A DNA stretch of 64,000 bases from Eledone cirrhosa (GCA_964016885.1 OZ024745.1:49972001-50036000), one strand, 5' to 3'; shown: positions 25,880 through 44,174, counted from the first letter of the stretch. Notes: generated from the sequence alone by a model not told the origin. A program made the numbers and translations.

Positions 25880-26262
25880 CATCATCATCATCATCATTTT
25901 ACGTCCGCTTTTCCCTGCTTGCAAGGGTGGGACGGGAACTGATTCTGGCTTGATTTCTACAGCTGGATGCCCTTCCTAACACCAACCTCATTTATAGTGA
26001 GTGCTGGGTGTTTTTCTTCCGTGGCGCCTACATGTCCACTTTACAGTGTGGGCTGGGTGCTTTTTTGCTATGGCACCTCCACGACCACTTTGCAGTGGAA
26101 TGATAGGGACCCCAGTCTCTATCATCTCATTTCTGCAGCTGAGTAAACTGGAGCAATGTGAAATAAATGTCTTGCTCAAGGAAACAACACATCACCTGGT
26201 CTGAGAATTGAACTCAACCTTCTGATTGCAAGCCCAATGCTCTAACCACTAAGCCATGTGCC
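25880..26262 (-). mobile_element. Complete tRNA-derived SINE with RTE-derived 3' tail
   Basis: tRNA head (TGGCTTAGTGG, GAGTTCAATTC), then CTTGAGCAAGACA core, RTE family B 3' UTR segment, family A terminus and (GAT)n. Confidence 0.85.
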
Positions 26263-26379
26263 TTATAGATATATACATACACATATGTGAATTGCTTTAT
26301 TCGTTTTCTTACAACATAGTTACAATGCTTCAGAAAATGAAGTTAACAGGAAGTTTCTTCAGAGAACAACACACATTAC

Positions 26380-26440
26380 TTCTCTGAAGATTCTTAGCAA
26401 ACACTCACTTTGCTGAAACATCATAGCTATGTTGTAAGAA
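26380..26440 (+). ncRNA. Type I hammerhead-like fold; degenerate inverted partner at 26306-26366 (minus)
   Basis: TTCT-CTGAAGA-..AGCAAA CACTCAC TTTGCT-GAAA-CATCATAGCTATGTTG (near palindrome)-TA-AGAA. The partner has GAAG instead of GAAA. Confidence 0.6.
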
Positions 26441-26527
26441 AATGAATAAATCAACTTGTATATTACTATTGAGTTCTTCCTCCTTTGTAAACTACTAAGA
26501 TCACTAAATCAGAACCCAATATATATA

Positions 26528-26675
26528 GTTGGTTGGCATGAAGAAGGGAATCCAGCCATAGAAAGAACATTATAAGGAAGCTTGATCGCTCCAACTCAAC
26601 TTGTCTCAGATCATGACAACCTGTTCAACGTATGCCAGTATGGAAAGCAGACATAAAATTATGATGATGATGATG
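26528..26675 (+). mobile_element. Diverged RTE-type 3' end / SINE tail
   Basis: GTTGGCATGAAGAAGGGAATCCAGCCATAGAAA ... (GAT)n. Confidence 0.6.
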
Positions 26676-27071
26676 CATAATATCATGACTGAATATTAAC
26701 TTTTTGGGCACCAAACCACATAAAGACCCACCCTGGTTCTACAATATCTGACCATTTGGTTCATGTGAAGCCACTATTGGTTCTACAGTACATAACTTTT
26801 TGCTTTAAAGTATTAATATTTATCTAAAGCCCTTCTATTATAATTTTATGTAAGAACCTTAATTAACTTATATACCAAACACCAGCTTAATAATAATGAA
26901 TAAGTTATATTACTAAATCTCTTTAAATTCTTGGCAATTTTCAAAATCATTTGAAAAACATTGGTGTTTTTCATTAGAAATATGCAAGCAAAAAGGTTTA
27001 CATTTGCTGTTTGTTTATGTTGCATAACATAAGTTTGAAAAATATGAATAAAGTACCAGACTTATATATGA

Positions 27072-27210
27072 TCGACTAAATCCCTTCAAGAGGGTGCCCC
27101 TGCATGGCTGCAGTCTAATGACTGAATCCACTAAAAGAATAGAGTCAATATGGTTAATTAAATCCCTTTAAAAAAGTGCCCAGCATGGCCACAGATCAAT
27201 GACTAAAACC
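27072..27210 (+). mobile_element. Tandem SINE 3' tails related to the CR1 3' end
   Basis: GTGCCCC(T/A)GCATGGC..CAG...TGACT(G)AA occurs twice and resembles the reverse complement of 55166-55226. Confidence 0.6.
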
Positions 27211-27249
27211 ACAAAAAAAATATAAGAAAGAATAAATGAAGTGACTTAC

Positions 27250-27628
27250 CAAGGAAAATCCAAGCAAACTGTGGACTATTTGTTAATACCATGGCAACGA
27301 CATCTCCTTTCTGAATCCCTAGAGATAGCAAGAGGTTAGCAACTTGGTTGGAGATTTTATCAACATAGCTGTATGTGTATTGTTGTTGGTCAAAGATGAG
27401 GAACACCTTATCAGGATTGGCCTTAACAGAAGCTTGGAAGACATCGGCTAAGCTGGTCACCTTGTATGCCTTACTTTTCTCCTTGCCAACTTTTGACAGT
27501 GTTGACAACAGACGAATATCGTAGTAGAGCAACTGTAGAGTCGGCTTCAGGGCTTTTTTCCAAATATAATAGCTTATCCCTGCAAGCCCACTAGTCAGTG
27601 AAGCCATTATTAGCATCCTCAAATCCAT
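27250..27628 (-). CDS. First coding exon of a fatty-acid transport protein / very-long-chain acyl-CoA synthetase (SLC27/FATP family)
   Basis: 126 codons: hydrophobic N-terminus, then ADVF..V..NPDKVFLIF..YTY..VD..SNQVAN....LGIQKGDVVAMVLTNSPQF.WIFLG. Phase-1 donor G|GTAAGT at 27250/27249. Pyrimidine tract + CAG acceptor at 27648-27646, so the exon is 27250-27645 and an upstream non-coding exon is implied. Confidence 0.88.
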
Positions 27629-27749
27629 CCTTATAGCTTAATAAACTGAAAAACAAAAACAAAACTATGATTAATCCATTTGTGACAATTTCTAATGAAA
27701 TACAATATTTCAATGAATTGAAAGAAGTTTGAAGGGTTTATTAAAATTA

Positions 27750-28145
27750 TTAATTATTTTGTTACTAAGATAGCTTAACATATGGTTCTTATATAAAATT
27801 ATGCAGAAAGATTTTAATTTGAAGAGGAACCCTGTACTACAATTATTAATTTTCATTACTAAAAAAGTAACTTAACTTATGGCTCTTATGTAAAATTATG
27901 TTAGATATTAATTAAAATAGTAACTTTTAAAATGAGTGGTTTTGTTTCATAGAATAAGAGCTGATTTTGGTTGGGTTGGTATCAAAAGGGTTAATAATTT
28001 TGTTACTAAGATAGTAACTTAACAAATGGTTCTTATATAAAATTATATTGAAAGGTTTTAATTTAAATAGCGACATGTTAAAATAAGCAGTTTAGTTTAT
28101 TTTAACCAGAGCTGGCTTTGGCCAAGTTTGTGTTAAAAGGGTTAA
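27750..28145. repeat. Three diverged AT-rich direct repeats
   Basis: TTAAT.ATTTTGTTACTAAGATAG..CTTAAC..ATGGTTCTTATATAAAATTAT at ~27750, ~27846 and ~27991. Confidence 0.6.
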
Positions 28146-28169
28146 ATAAATAAATATAAAAAACAGTAT

Positions 28170-31100
28170 AGTTTAGTGTCAGGTCACTCTTGAGTGCTAC
28201 TGGTAACATGTAACCCAGTACAACCTGTCACATGGTCGGGTCGTCGGTGACTAAACGAGCAACCCCACCAAGTTTAATTGGTGAGGAGGGTGATTCTGGA
28301 CACCCAGTAGGGCAAAAAACAAAACCTAACAAAGGGCGGAAGAACTCATAAGAGTCAACAGCCATCCAAAAATGCGTAAATATGTATATACTGTATGAGT
28401 GTGGGTGTGTGTAGGATTGATTGCATGTTTTTCTGTGTATATATGTGTATATGTGTACAGTGTATATGTATATATGTGTATATATATATATATATAAAAA
28501 AAAAAAATCCTGCCAAATCAATGAGTGGCAGTAGTTCCAGCTGCACACATCAAAAGACTGGTGTAGTGCTTCTGAGAACAATGCAGCTTTGCAGATGATC
28601 AATGCAAATTGAGAATGGAAAGGTGCTTCCGCTCGAGTTAGAAGAGAACTATTGACCTTCAGGAGAAGCAGCGACCCCTGATTGTATTCAGCAACCGAAA
28701 CAAATATGAAGTACACCAAATCCAATGCTCCTAGGGGCGGCCCTAGTTCTTCTTGTCCTCGCCGCACTGCAAAGTCTACACAGATTCATGAATGTGCTCT
28801 CCCAAAGCCAAAAGGAAAGTTAGTACAGGATGGCAGTAGAGCAAAGAGCAGACTTGAGTTGCAAACAGTATACTAATGTAGCAACTATGACTGTAAGAAC
28901 TTTATGCCTAGAAAGCAAGTGGAACGAATTAGTGAACAACTGCAGAACTCATACAGTCCCAATACTGGGTATTGTGGATGACAAAATCGTACATGATGAG
29001 GATATATTGTACCAACGTGTCAAAGATAGAACTATTATTACATCCTCAACCTGGAGAAACGCCAACAACGCCTCATCAGGAGGACTAGGCCTAGTTATTA
29101 ACAGAACGGTAGAAAGGGCTCTATCCAATGTGGAACCATGGAGCAAAAGAATTACCATTGCTAATTTCAGTGGTAATCCAGCACTCACCATTATTGTCCA
29201 TTACTCGCCAGTTGAGAGGAGTGATGAAGCTGAAGAACACTACAATCAGTTAGCAATAGCAGCAAAGGCGGTCCCGAAACACAATATGTTGGTTGTGATG
29301 GGGGACTGCAACGCACATCTTGGGAAAGACATTGTTAAATATACATTTTATGAATCAAGTAACAGCAATGGGAGCTAGTGAGCGATTTTGTAGATGAAGA
29401 AGGACTTTTCATCGCCAATACTGCATTTCAGAAAAAGCTAGGAAAGCTTTGGACTTTTGTATCAGATATGAGTGGCACCAAGTCTCAAGTCAACTACATT
29501 ATGATCAACAAAAAATGGAAAAACTCTGTGCACAACTGCGAAGCATACAACATCTTCAGCAGATCAGATCACCGTATTACAACAGCAAAGCTTAAATTAA
29601 GCTTGAAAACCAGTAAAGCATTATCTACCAGAGTGAACTATGATTGGGCTTCACTAAGGGATCCTGATTTGAGCGATCTTTATACTGTTACTGTTAGAAA
29701 CAAGTATGCAAGCTTGTGCACTGAAAATGAATCCATCACAGAGACATATGCTCACCTGATTCAAGCAAATGACAAAGCAGCCAAAGAGCTTCTTCCACAA
29801 AAGAAGAATAGAAAGAAACAAACATCGGCTGATCCACGAGTCATCGATGCAAGAGAGAAAATTTAGAAGGCTTCTAGGGCATACACAGAGAATCCAACAG
29901 AGCGTAATCACCAGAATCTTTAATGATGCAAGAGTACAGTGCAGAAGGCATATGACACTATTTCTGAGGAAGAACTTGATAGATTGATAACTGAAGTAGA
30001 ATCTGCAGATGTGAAATCAAAGCATAGAGAAAGCTGGAAGCTAATAAATGAGATCACTGGGAGGAAATCTGTCAAACAAGCCATAATAAAAACGAACTCT
30101 AAGGAAGATCGCATCAAGAAGTGGTACTCACACTTCAAGGAATTACTTGGAAAAGAGCCTAAGGTTGTGGGTGAGATGGTGAAATTGCACCAGTGCTGAA
30201 AAATCTGGGAATCTCAGACACACTCTTCACACCTACTGAATACTCAATAGCCAAGAAGTCTCTGATGGAGTGGAAAGCCTTGGCATCGGCCCAGAAGTTC
30301 TCAAGCATTGCAGCCTGGATGACATCATGCTCGGCTATGTCAACAAGCTGATGGTAAGTGAGAAGCCTGACCAATGGTCAGAAAGCGATATGAAGCCACT
30401 ACCAAAGTCGGGTGATTTCAGCAAAACAGACAACTACAGGGAATAGCTGTATCCTCCATTGCAGCCAAATCGAATGCACTTCAACAGAATTCGACCAAAA
30501 ATCAATCCATAACTACGTCCGAACCAGAATGGCTTCCGACCAGGAAGCTCAACTATTGCGCATATTCTTGCATTGAAGAGATTAATTGAGGGTGTCCAAT
30601 AACACAACCTAAAGGCTGTCTTGACATTTGTAGACTTTCGAAAAGAATTCGACAGCATCCACCGAGGGCGAATGCTCCAGATACTGAGAGCATATGATGT
30701 GCCTGAAAATATAGTTCAAGCTATATGTCTGATGTATGAGGATACTCGAGCTCGCGTATTGACACTGGACAGGAACACTGATTACTTCGAGATTCTCGCG
30801 GGTGTTCTCCAAGGTGACACGCTTACACCCTTCTATTTTGCAATTGTCCTTGATTACGCAATGAGACAGGCCATTCATGGGAGGGAAGAAGAGTTGGGTT
30901 TCAAATTGAATCAAAGGAGAAGCTGTCGTCACTATCCAAAAGTTGTCACTGACACAGAATTCGCCGATGACATTGCCTTGATCACAGAGGAAATCAGTCA
31001 AGCTCAAGTGCAGCTCACATGTGTCGAGGTTGAATCAGGAAAAATAGGACTGCATCTTAATACAAAGAAGACCAAAATCATGCACTACAATCAAGTTGAT

Positions 31101-31712
31101 CCAGCTCCAGTTCTTGCAGTACAACAATCAAAACAGTTGAGAACTTTAAGTATCTTGGTGCATGGATGCACAGCTCATGCAAGGACTTTGAAGTTAGAAA
31201 AGCATTAGCATGGTCAGCATGCCACAAGCTACTAAAGGTGTGGAAGTCTGACCTAAACTGCAAAATCAAGGAGCGCCTCTTCCTAGCAACTGTTGAATCC
31301 ATCCTGCTTTACGTCAGTGAAACGTGGACTATTGAGAAAGCCTATCCAAGAGACTTGACGGATGTTACATAAGGATGTTGACAATGGCTCTCAACATTTC
31401 TTGGGAACACGAGCTGACAAATAAGGAACTATACAGATCACTACTACCAGTCTAAAAAAAGTTGCCTGCACACGAATGAAACTGGCTGGGCACTGCATCA
31501 GTCAACCAGAAGAGATAGCATCACAACTTGTGCTTTGAAAACCGGCGGTTGGATGAAGAAGCATGGGAAGACAGGCCGTTTCATTCATTGATACCCTGCT
31601 GAGAGATGCCAACATTGATAACATCGATGAACTGAGAAATGTCATGCTCTACCGGGACGATTGGAGAGGGCATGCTGAATCTTCACGAGTGTAAACTCGG
31701 CCGAAGAAGTAT
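28170..31712 (+). mobile_element. Near full-length, decayed RTE-clade LINE (5' UTR, APE, RT)
   Basis: NVATMTVRTL, GGLGL, YSP, MGDCNAHLG, SDHR (APE); FVDF..FDSIHR, GVLQGDTL, FADD (RT); many stops and frameshifts. Same clade as 1-2041. The 5' UTR is interrupted by a microsatellite at ~28380-28506. Confidence 0.9.
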
Positions 31713-32149
31713 AGTTTATTTGAGGCTTTTGCACTTGAAAGAGACATAATGGAGAAAGGAAAGAATGTGACAATGAAAGAATGCATACATACATTCTCGA
31801 TTGCATTGGGTGCATTTCATGATAGAACCACCACTAGGAAAGTTGCCAAGGGTTCTCTTGTCCAATATTTGGCAAGGTTTATACAGCTGGATGCTCTTTT
31901 TATCCCCAACCACTTTACAGAGTGTACTGGGTGCATTTTTCATGATAGCAACACTGGAGAGATTATGTCATGGCATGAGGGTTCTCTCAAGCCGTTGGGT
32001 GGGCATAGTTTCTCTCTCTTTCACTCAGGGGTTAGCCTTGTGAACTCCATGATATATTTTATACTCATCATGGGGTCATTTATGGTGCAACCTTTTTCAG
32101 CCAAATGCCCTTACTGGTATCAATCCTTTTAGCCTCCTCTTACGACAAA

Positions 32150-32282
32150 GGTGGTTAATTGTTAGAGCATCAGATTAAAAATGACTCAGCATTTGTTCTG
32201 GCTCACTGTACTCTGAGTACAAATTCCGTTGAGGTCAATTTTGCCTTTCACCCTTCCAAGATCAATGAATAAAATTTCAGTC
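32150..32282 (+). mobile_element. Diverged tRNA-derived SINE
   Basis: GTGGTTAATTGTTAGAGCA head ... CTGAGTACAAATTCCGTTGAGGTCAATTTTGCCTTTCACCCTT. Confidence 0.6.
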
Positions 32283-32985
32283 CCAAATGGAGGTTGATTT
32301 TTCTTCTATCTCTTTATCAATTTCACTCTCTCTCTCTTCCTTTACCTGGAAGAAAAAGGTCATGTTCTAAACTAGAGAAGGATAGGGTCTGCCAGGTTTA
32401 AAATACCCAAAACATGCTGTATGTCACAATAGTGCACCTAAAACTCTATCAAGAGTCTTACAACATGCAGGGATATTACTACAAGTTTGACTTTCTACCC
32501 TTTTTATCAGTCACTTATAATGATTGTTTCTAATTTAGGCACATGGTCAGAAATTTGTGGGGAGGGAGTAGTTGATATTAAATTACTAGAATTCTGATAG
32601 ATCTAGAAGTGATAAAAAAAGAAAAAAAGAAATAGATATTTCCAGAATTTTTATGGAAATAACTTGAAATATGTTGACAGAATGTAGAAAATCAAAGACC
32701 TAGAAATAGATAGTAGTGCTCATGGGCTGGAACAGGTAAAAAAAAAGTTTTCAGAATGTTGAGAAAGATCTAGAAATCGATATTTCCAGAGAAGGTGGAG
32801 GTAGAATGACTTAGAAACAGATTTGAAAATATAATTGCCACAGTGCAGATAACTATAATAATAATTGATAACTATAAATAGTTAAATAAATCTGTTAAAG
32901 TACCCCTGGAGATGGGAAAAAAGTGGATACAGATCCTTGCAGGAAACTTCACCCAAGTTATTCAATTATTATTATAGCTATCTGC

Positions 32986-33081
32986 CAAGGTTGACTTTGC
33001 CTTTCATCCTTACGGGGTCGATAAAATAAAGTACCAGTAATGCACTGGGTAATTGCTGGCCTTGTGCCTAAAGTAGAAACA
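32986..33081 (+). mobile_element. 5'-truncated SINE with 18-bp target-site duplication
   Basis: ATTATTATAGCTATCTGC at 32968-32985 and 33082-33099 flanks the SINE 3' part. Confidence 0.8.
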
Positions 33082-34557
33082 ATTATTATAGCTATCTGCA
33101 TTGTGGTGACTATATTTTCAAACTTCCCAGATTTTTTCCAAATCAACCAGTCTTCTTTACACTTCTAGAAATAGATATTTCCTGAATGTGGGGTGTGAAA
33201 GACAAATATGTCAGAAATACCAAGAAATAGATGAATCAATGTTTCAAGAAATAGAAGTTTCCAGATTTTTTTATAGAAATATGTTTCCAGAAAAATCCGC
33301 TTAAATAGGCAAATGATTTAAAAAGCTGTAACCTGTGATATATAATCAATACCTGGGTATATTTATACACATTGGAGAAGAAAGGGTATAAGAGAAAGAG
33401 AGAGGGAGATAGAAATGGGGGAGAGAAAACACTACTTACTATACACCAGACATCAGCAAAACAGATAGACTGTGCGTGGGGCGAGAGAGAGAGAGAGGGG
33501 GAGGAGAATTACAGTGAATGAAAACCTAGAGAAATACTTCAGTTATTTAGTGATGTGGAACTGATAGGTTTTAGTTATGTAATGAGGTAATTCACTAAAT
33601 AATAATAATAATAATAATTGTTTCTACTTTAGGCACAAGGCATATATATATACAAATGTCTGATACAAATAGAAAACTACTATATAATAATGATAGTGGG
33701 GCTCAAAAAATATTTATAAGCAAGTAAAGGGAGGCTGATAAGTATAATAAGGAAGAACTAAAAGAAATGTCTCTTTTTAAAGAAAAATACTAATTGGAAA
33801 TTAACTATACAAAAAACAACAAACCTAAATAAGGACATAACTGAAAAGTTTTAAAACAACAAAACAACCAAAAACAAGAGACAAAATCAAAATATATTAC
33901 AGAAGAAATGAACAGAAAAAAACTCAATCGTCAATATCATCCAAGTCTAAGTACAGATGAAGTGTGCTAGATCTGAAAGTCAACAATGAAAGTCAAACCT
34001 ATGAACTAAAAGCACAAATAAGTCTGCATCTAGGTGCTCAAGAACAATGCATTAAATTTGTTGTTACAGCTCACATCTATATAATTTTAGCTGGCCTACC
34101 ACACAATCGAGAAATTCATGACATTTTCATTGTGATTTTAACATTTTAATCACTAGACCATGACCAAAGCCTACCTGTAAACTACATAAACAAAAGAGTG
34201 AGAGAAGATACGTGAAAGGACAAAAATGACTGCAGAAAAATTTGAACTCAGAGAAGAAAACTAGAACACAGTTATTTTATCTAATGCTTGAATAATCCTG
34301 CCTACATAATTGATATAAAATAGTAATACCAATAACTCACACTCTACACAGTGGCAACTCATTGGAGCTGCACAACTAACATAACCTACTCTACACAACC
34401 ATCTGACACTATAACACACAACACCAAGCATATTACTCACAAGAAACATGAATGCCACTCGACAAAATAACACAACCTACAATAAATACACTATACAATC
34501 ACCATCTCAGAGAATCTAGAATTGCCACAAAGTTGTTCTCATCCAAATTGCATGAGG

Positions 34558-34600
34558 AGCCTTAGGCACAGTGGCTAATCTAGCCACTGTGCCTAAGGCT
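34558..34600. repeat. Perfect 20-bp hairpin, 3-nt loop
   Basis: AGCCTTAGGCACAGTGGCTA-ATC-TAGCCACTGTGCCTAAGGCT. Confidence 0.95.
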
Positions 34601-34605
34601 GTACC

Positions 34606-34699
<94 letters not shown>

Positions 34700-35072
34700 C
34701 ATATATATATATATATATATAACATATATATATACATATATATAACATATATATATATACATATATATAACATATATATATATATATACATATATATATA
34801 ACATATATATATATATACATATATATAACATATATATATATATATACATATATATAACATATATATATATATATACATATATATAACATATATATATATA
34901 TACATATATATAACATATATATATATATATATACATATATATGACATATATATATATATATACATATATATAACATATATATATATATACATATATATAA
35001 CATATATATATATATATACATATATATAACATATATATATATATACATATATATAACATATATATATATATA
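34606..35072. repeat. (TA)n-derived minisatellite (TAACA/TACA-punctuated)
   Basis: Direct inspection. Confidence 0.95.
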
Positions 35073-35602
35073 TATGGACATGTGATGCGTATGAAGGATG
35101 ACAGCTGCATAAAAAGGTGCAGAGCACTAGAAGTTGATGGAAACCGCGGAGTGGGGAGACCCAAGATGACCTGGGATGAGGTGATAAAAGCCGACCTTAC
35201 CCAATTACACCTCTCAAAGACAATGACACACGACCGTGACTTCTGGCGTCACGCAGTAATACAGAGTACCCGACCTCCCATGGGTACAAGCTGAAGCATA
35301 TAGACAATATGCCCCCACACCTCCCACCGCAAGGTGGTCGTGGAGGTGCCACGGCAAAAAAACACGCAGCCCACACTGTAAAGTGGACGTGTAGGCGCCA
35401 CGAAAAAGCACCCAGCACTCACTGTAAATGAGGTTGGTGTTAGGAAGGGCATCCAGCTGTAGAAATCAAGCCAGATCAGTTCCTGTATGAGCAAGGCATG
35501 GTCAGCCGACCAGACACTGCACACAACAGGACAACCCGTCTATCCCATGCTAGCGTGGAAGAACGGACGTAAAACGGTGATGATGATGATGATGATGATG
35601 AT
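35073..35602 (+). mobile_element. 3' fragment of RTE family B
   Basis: Matches 19467-19985; ORF end YGHVMRM..GRPKMTW; (GAT)n tail. Confidence 0.92.
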
Positions 35603-36023
35603 AACATATGTATATATATATATATACATATATATAACATATATATATATATACATATATATAACATATATATATATATACATATATATAACATATATAT
35701 ATATATATACATATATATAACATATATATATATACATATATATAACATATATATACATATATAAGGAATACACCGTAATGGATGAGAAATAAACAATAAA
35801 GGAATAAGAATATAAAAAGTATAAAATGCATGGTAAAAAATTTTTATTTTTTTATTTTTATAAGAAGTTAAGAGATAAAAATAGATAAAAAATAGATAAA
35901 AAATAAAGTAAAATATACACCATAAAGGAAGGTGTGAATAAAGATGAGACTGGCAAAGGTATAAGTTATCAAGCTATGTGCAACAAGTGATATACGTAAA
36001 ATATATAAAATATATAAAAGAAA

Positions 36024-41240
<5,217 letters not shown>

Positions 41241-41935
41241 GTATTAGTTATACTATTTATGGTTATGTAAACACAAAACCTTAAGCAGTTGTAAGTATTT
41301 TACACACACCCTAAATAGTGGTAGGCAGTAATGTATTACTACCTTATTACCAGTAAGTTAAGTAGCTCAATGTAAAAACATCAGATGATTTACAGAGCAG
41401 TTATATGAAATATAAGAATCAAAGAACTGTTCAAAACATTATTGTGCTTAAGCTGTTTCCTCCAAACCGAGGTTTGGATTCTTCGGAGCAATTTATCAAT
41501 GCATGGACAGTTATATGACCTCCTTTTCAGCCGAGAGACATACCAACACATATTCAAACATTGATACATATTCAAACATTGTGGGTCAACATTCATTACA
41601 GAATTTAGAGTGGCAGTACACACTTCGAGATTACATTTATATTAATAGGTACAATCAAAAATCAAAGATATAGGTTAAAGTACAACATGAAGATAAGTGG
41701 TTATATAGTGCAAATGTTATATGTGTGGCACGCATGTGCGTCTTGTTTATATAGTGTGGCAGAGAGATATGTGTGGTAGAGGCACTTAGGTAGGTAAATA
41801 AGAGTGTTAGGTTGGTAGATCTAATAATAAATTGCTCCGAAGAATCCAAACCTCGGTTTGGAGGAAACAGCTGTAAGCACAATAATGTTTTGAACAGTTC
41901 TTTGATTCTTATATTTCATATATTTCATATTTCAT
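41241..41935. mobile_element. Non-autonomous PLE derivative (inverted + direct pLTR pieces) related to 5491-10157
   Basis: 41241-41405 is a diverged reverse complement of 5835-5995. It carries the same hammerhead on minus (41445-41490, one base lost in stem III) and on plus (41833-41879). Flanked by (TA)n. Confidence 0.8.
41833..41879 (+). ncRNA. Minimal type I hammerhead, CCGAAGA core, CAGCTG stem III
   Basis: TGCT-CCGAAGA-ATCCAAACCTCGGTTTGGAG-GAAA-CAGCTG-TA-AGCA. Confidence 0.75.
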
Positions 41936-42054
41936 ATATATACATAAGATATATATATACATATATATACATATATACATATATACATAAGATATATATA
42001 TATATATATATATACATATATATACATATATATATATATACATATATATACATA

Positions 42055-42123
<69 letters not shown>

Positions 42124-42138
42124 CATATATATATATAA

Positions 42139-42175
<37 letters not shown>

Positions 42176-42190
42176 CATATATATATATAA

Positions 42191-42227
<37 letters not shown>

Positions 42228-42240
42228 CATATATATATAT

Positions 42241-42273
<33 letters not shown>

Positions 42274-42286
42274 CATATATATATAT

Positions 42287-42321
<35 letters not shown>

Positions 42322-42386
42322 CATATATATATATATATAACATATATATATATATATATATATATAAATAACATATATATATATAT

Positions 42387-42435
<49 letters not shown>

Positions 42436-42452
42436 CATATATATATATATAT

Positions 42453-42495
<43 letters not shown>

Positions 42496-42579
42496 CATAT
42501 ATATATATATATATAACATATATATATATATATATAACATATATATATATAACATATATATATATATATATATATATAT

Positions 42580-42645
<66 letters not shown>

Positions 42646-42650
42646 GTTAT
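41936..42650. repeat. (TA)n-derived array
   Basis: Direct inspection. Confidence 0.95.
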
Positions 42651-42869
42651 ATGTGAGCTGTCTAGTAGTTGTCTCAGTACCCAGTCGTAGTGATGTAGCA
42701 GCTGTGTAAGGCAGCTTCTTCCTGGGCGGAAGCCATGTTGCGTGCTAGTCAGGCGGTCATTTTCCTCGAGGAAAGTGATTAGTTTCTTTCTGATGACTCG
42801 CTCCATGACCTTACTGATATGCGACGTCAGGGAGACTGGCCTATAGTTCTTGGCTTCCGCTCTGCTACC
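42651..42869 (-). mobile_element. Internal RT fragment of the same CR1 family as 55164-59250
   Basis: Near-identical to 56440-56658. Confidence 0.9.
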
Positions 42870-43147
42870 AGTTGAGACTGAATAAAAATGGCGTAGACAT
42901 ACAATACAACAGGAGGAAAATATAGCACGAAAGATTTATGATAAACTATATATATTTGTTTGTGTCTATATTGTATCTGTATTATTTTTGACCGCCGGTC
43001 AGTCAATGGCAACATTGAGGACCGAGTATATTAGATTACCGATATAAAAGACACAGAAGCGAGAAGCGAAAACCAACCAAACAGTGAATGTGTTCTGTTA
43101 TTAATTCTGGCAATATTACACAAATATGACCCTCCCCAAGTATAACA

Positions 43148-43184
<37 letters not shown>

Positions 43185-43339
43185 CATACACATACATATA
43201 CATACATACACACACACACATATACATTAATAACAATAATAATAATAACAACAATAATAATAACGACAACAACAATAATCATATACATATATATATACAC
43301 ATACACGCACACACATAGACATATCTATACACACACACA

Positions 43340-43865
43340 CGATAGCAACTAACAGCGCTGCGATCGAATGTGGCTTTTTAGCCCAGCCAATGATCTAAAA
43401 TGTCTTGCACAGAGTCGGCAACCAAAACATTCACTGGGAATAGTCGGCTGTGGTTGGAGTTTGTGTACTTTTGCATGTCGCTTGAGCCCTCCTGCTGATT
43501 TACATTCTCTACCACATGTTTGGCAAGCATGATGAGTAGCATCTCCAACATCAGCCTGGTAGTCAACCACCGGTCTTACTTTATGACTTTCGAGTCCAGC
43601 TTTGCTTAGGCAGAGTCTCGCACAGACGCTGCATGTCAGCACCATAGGAGGACCCTCGCCGTCTGGAAGTGCAACAGCAATGCCCTTCCTCACATCCCGC
43701 TTTACTTTCTCGTATGCGATTCGAGATGCCTCAAAGGCAACTTTTCCCTCATATACAGTCTTTCTCCATTTATTACGATCAGCAGCAATATTTTCCCATG
43801 TATCAGCAGAGATGTTAGCGTCTTTCAGAGAGGCTTTCAAGGAATCCTTATACCTCTTTTTTGCT
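43340..43865 (-). mobile_element. RTE (BovB-like) ORF 3' end with tandem C2H2 zinc fingers
   Basis: KKRYKDSLKASLK..WENIAADRNKWR, then CSVC..GLESH, CQTC..GLKRHAKVH and CRLC..GLKSHIRS. Confidence 0.82.
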
Positions 43866-44142
43866 ATACACATGTACAGATACAAAGCATATACACATGC
43901 ACACATACAACTCAAAACATACACATCCACACATACAATAACATCCATATCTACACATACATGCATACATACATATCTACCTAGTTGATGTTGTGTAAAT
44001 TTCAATGAGAGAGTCTTGTGTCTATGTTAGAAACCGACTCTCTCTCTATTGGTAAAACTTTGTGAAATTATAAAACCAGAAGAACATACATACACACACA
44101 CACACATACATACATACATACATACATACATACATACATACA

Positions 44143-44174
<32 letters not shown>

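Noticed and set aside
28178-28280. Possible HDV-like ribozyme in the RTE 5' UTR (also 47095-47172)
   Set aside because: An ACC-TGTCACAT-GGT hairpin and CTAA are suggestive, but I could not build P1, and the P2 pairing is not shared by both copies.
43981-44058. Hammerhead-like TGATGT...GAAACCGA..TTGGTA (also 47745-47825)
   Set aside because: The core lacks the final A and there is no stem I.
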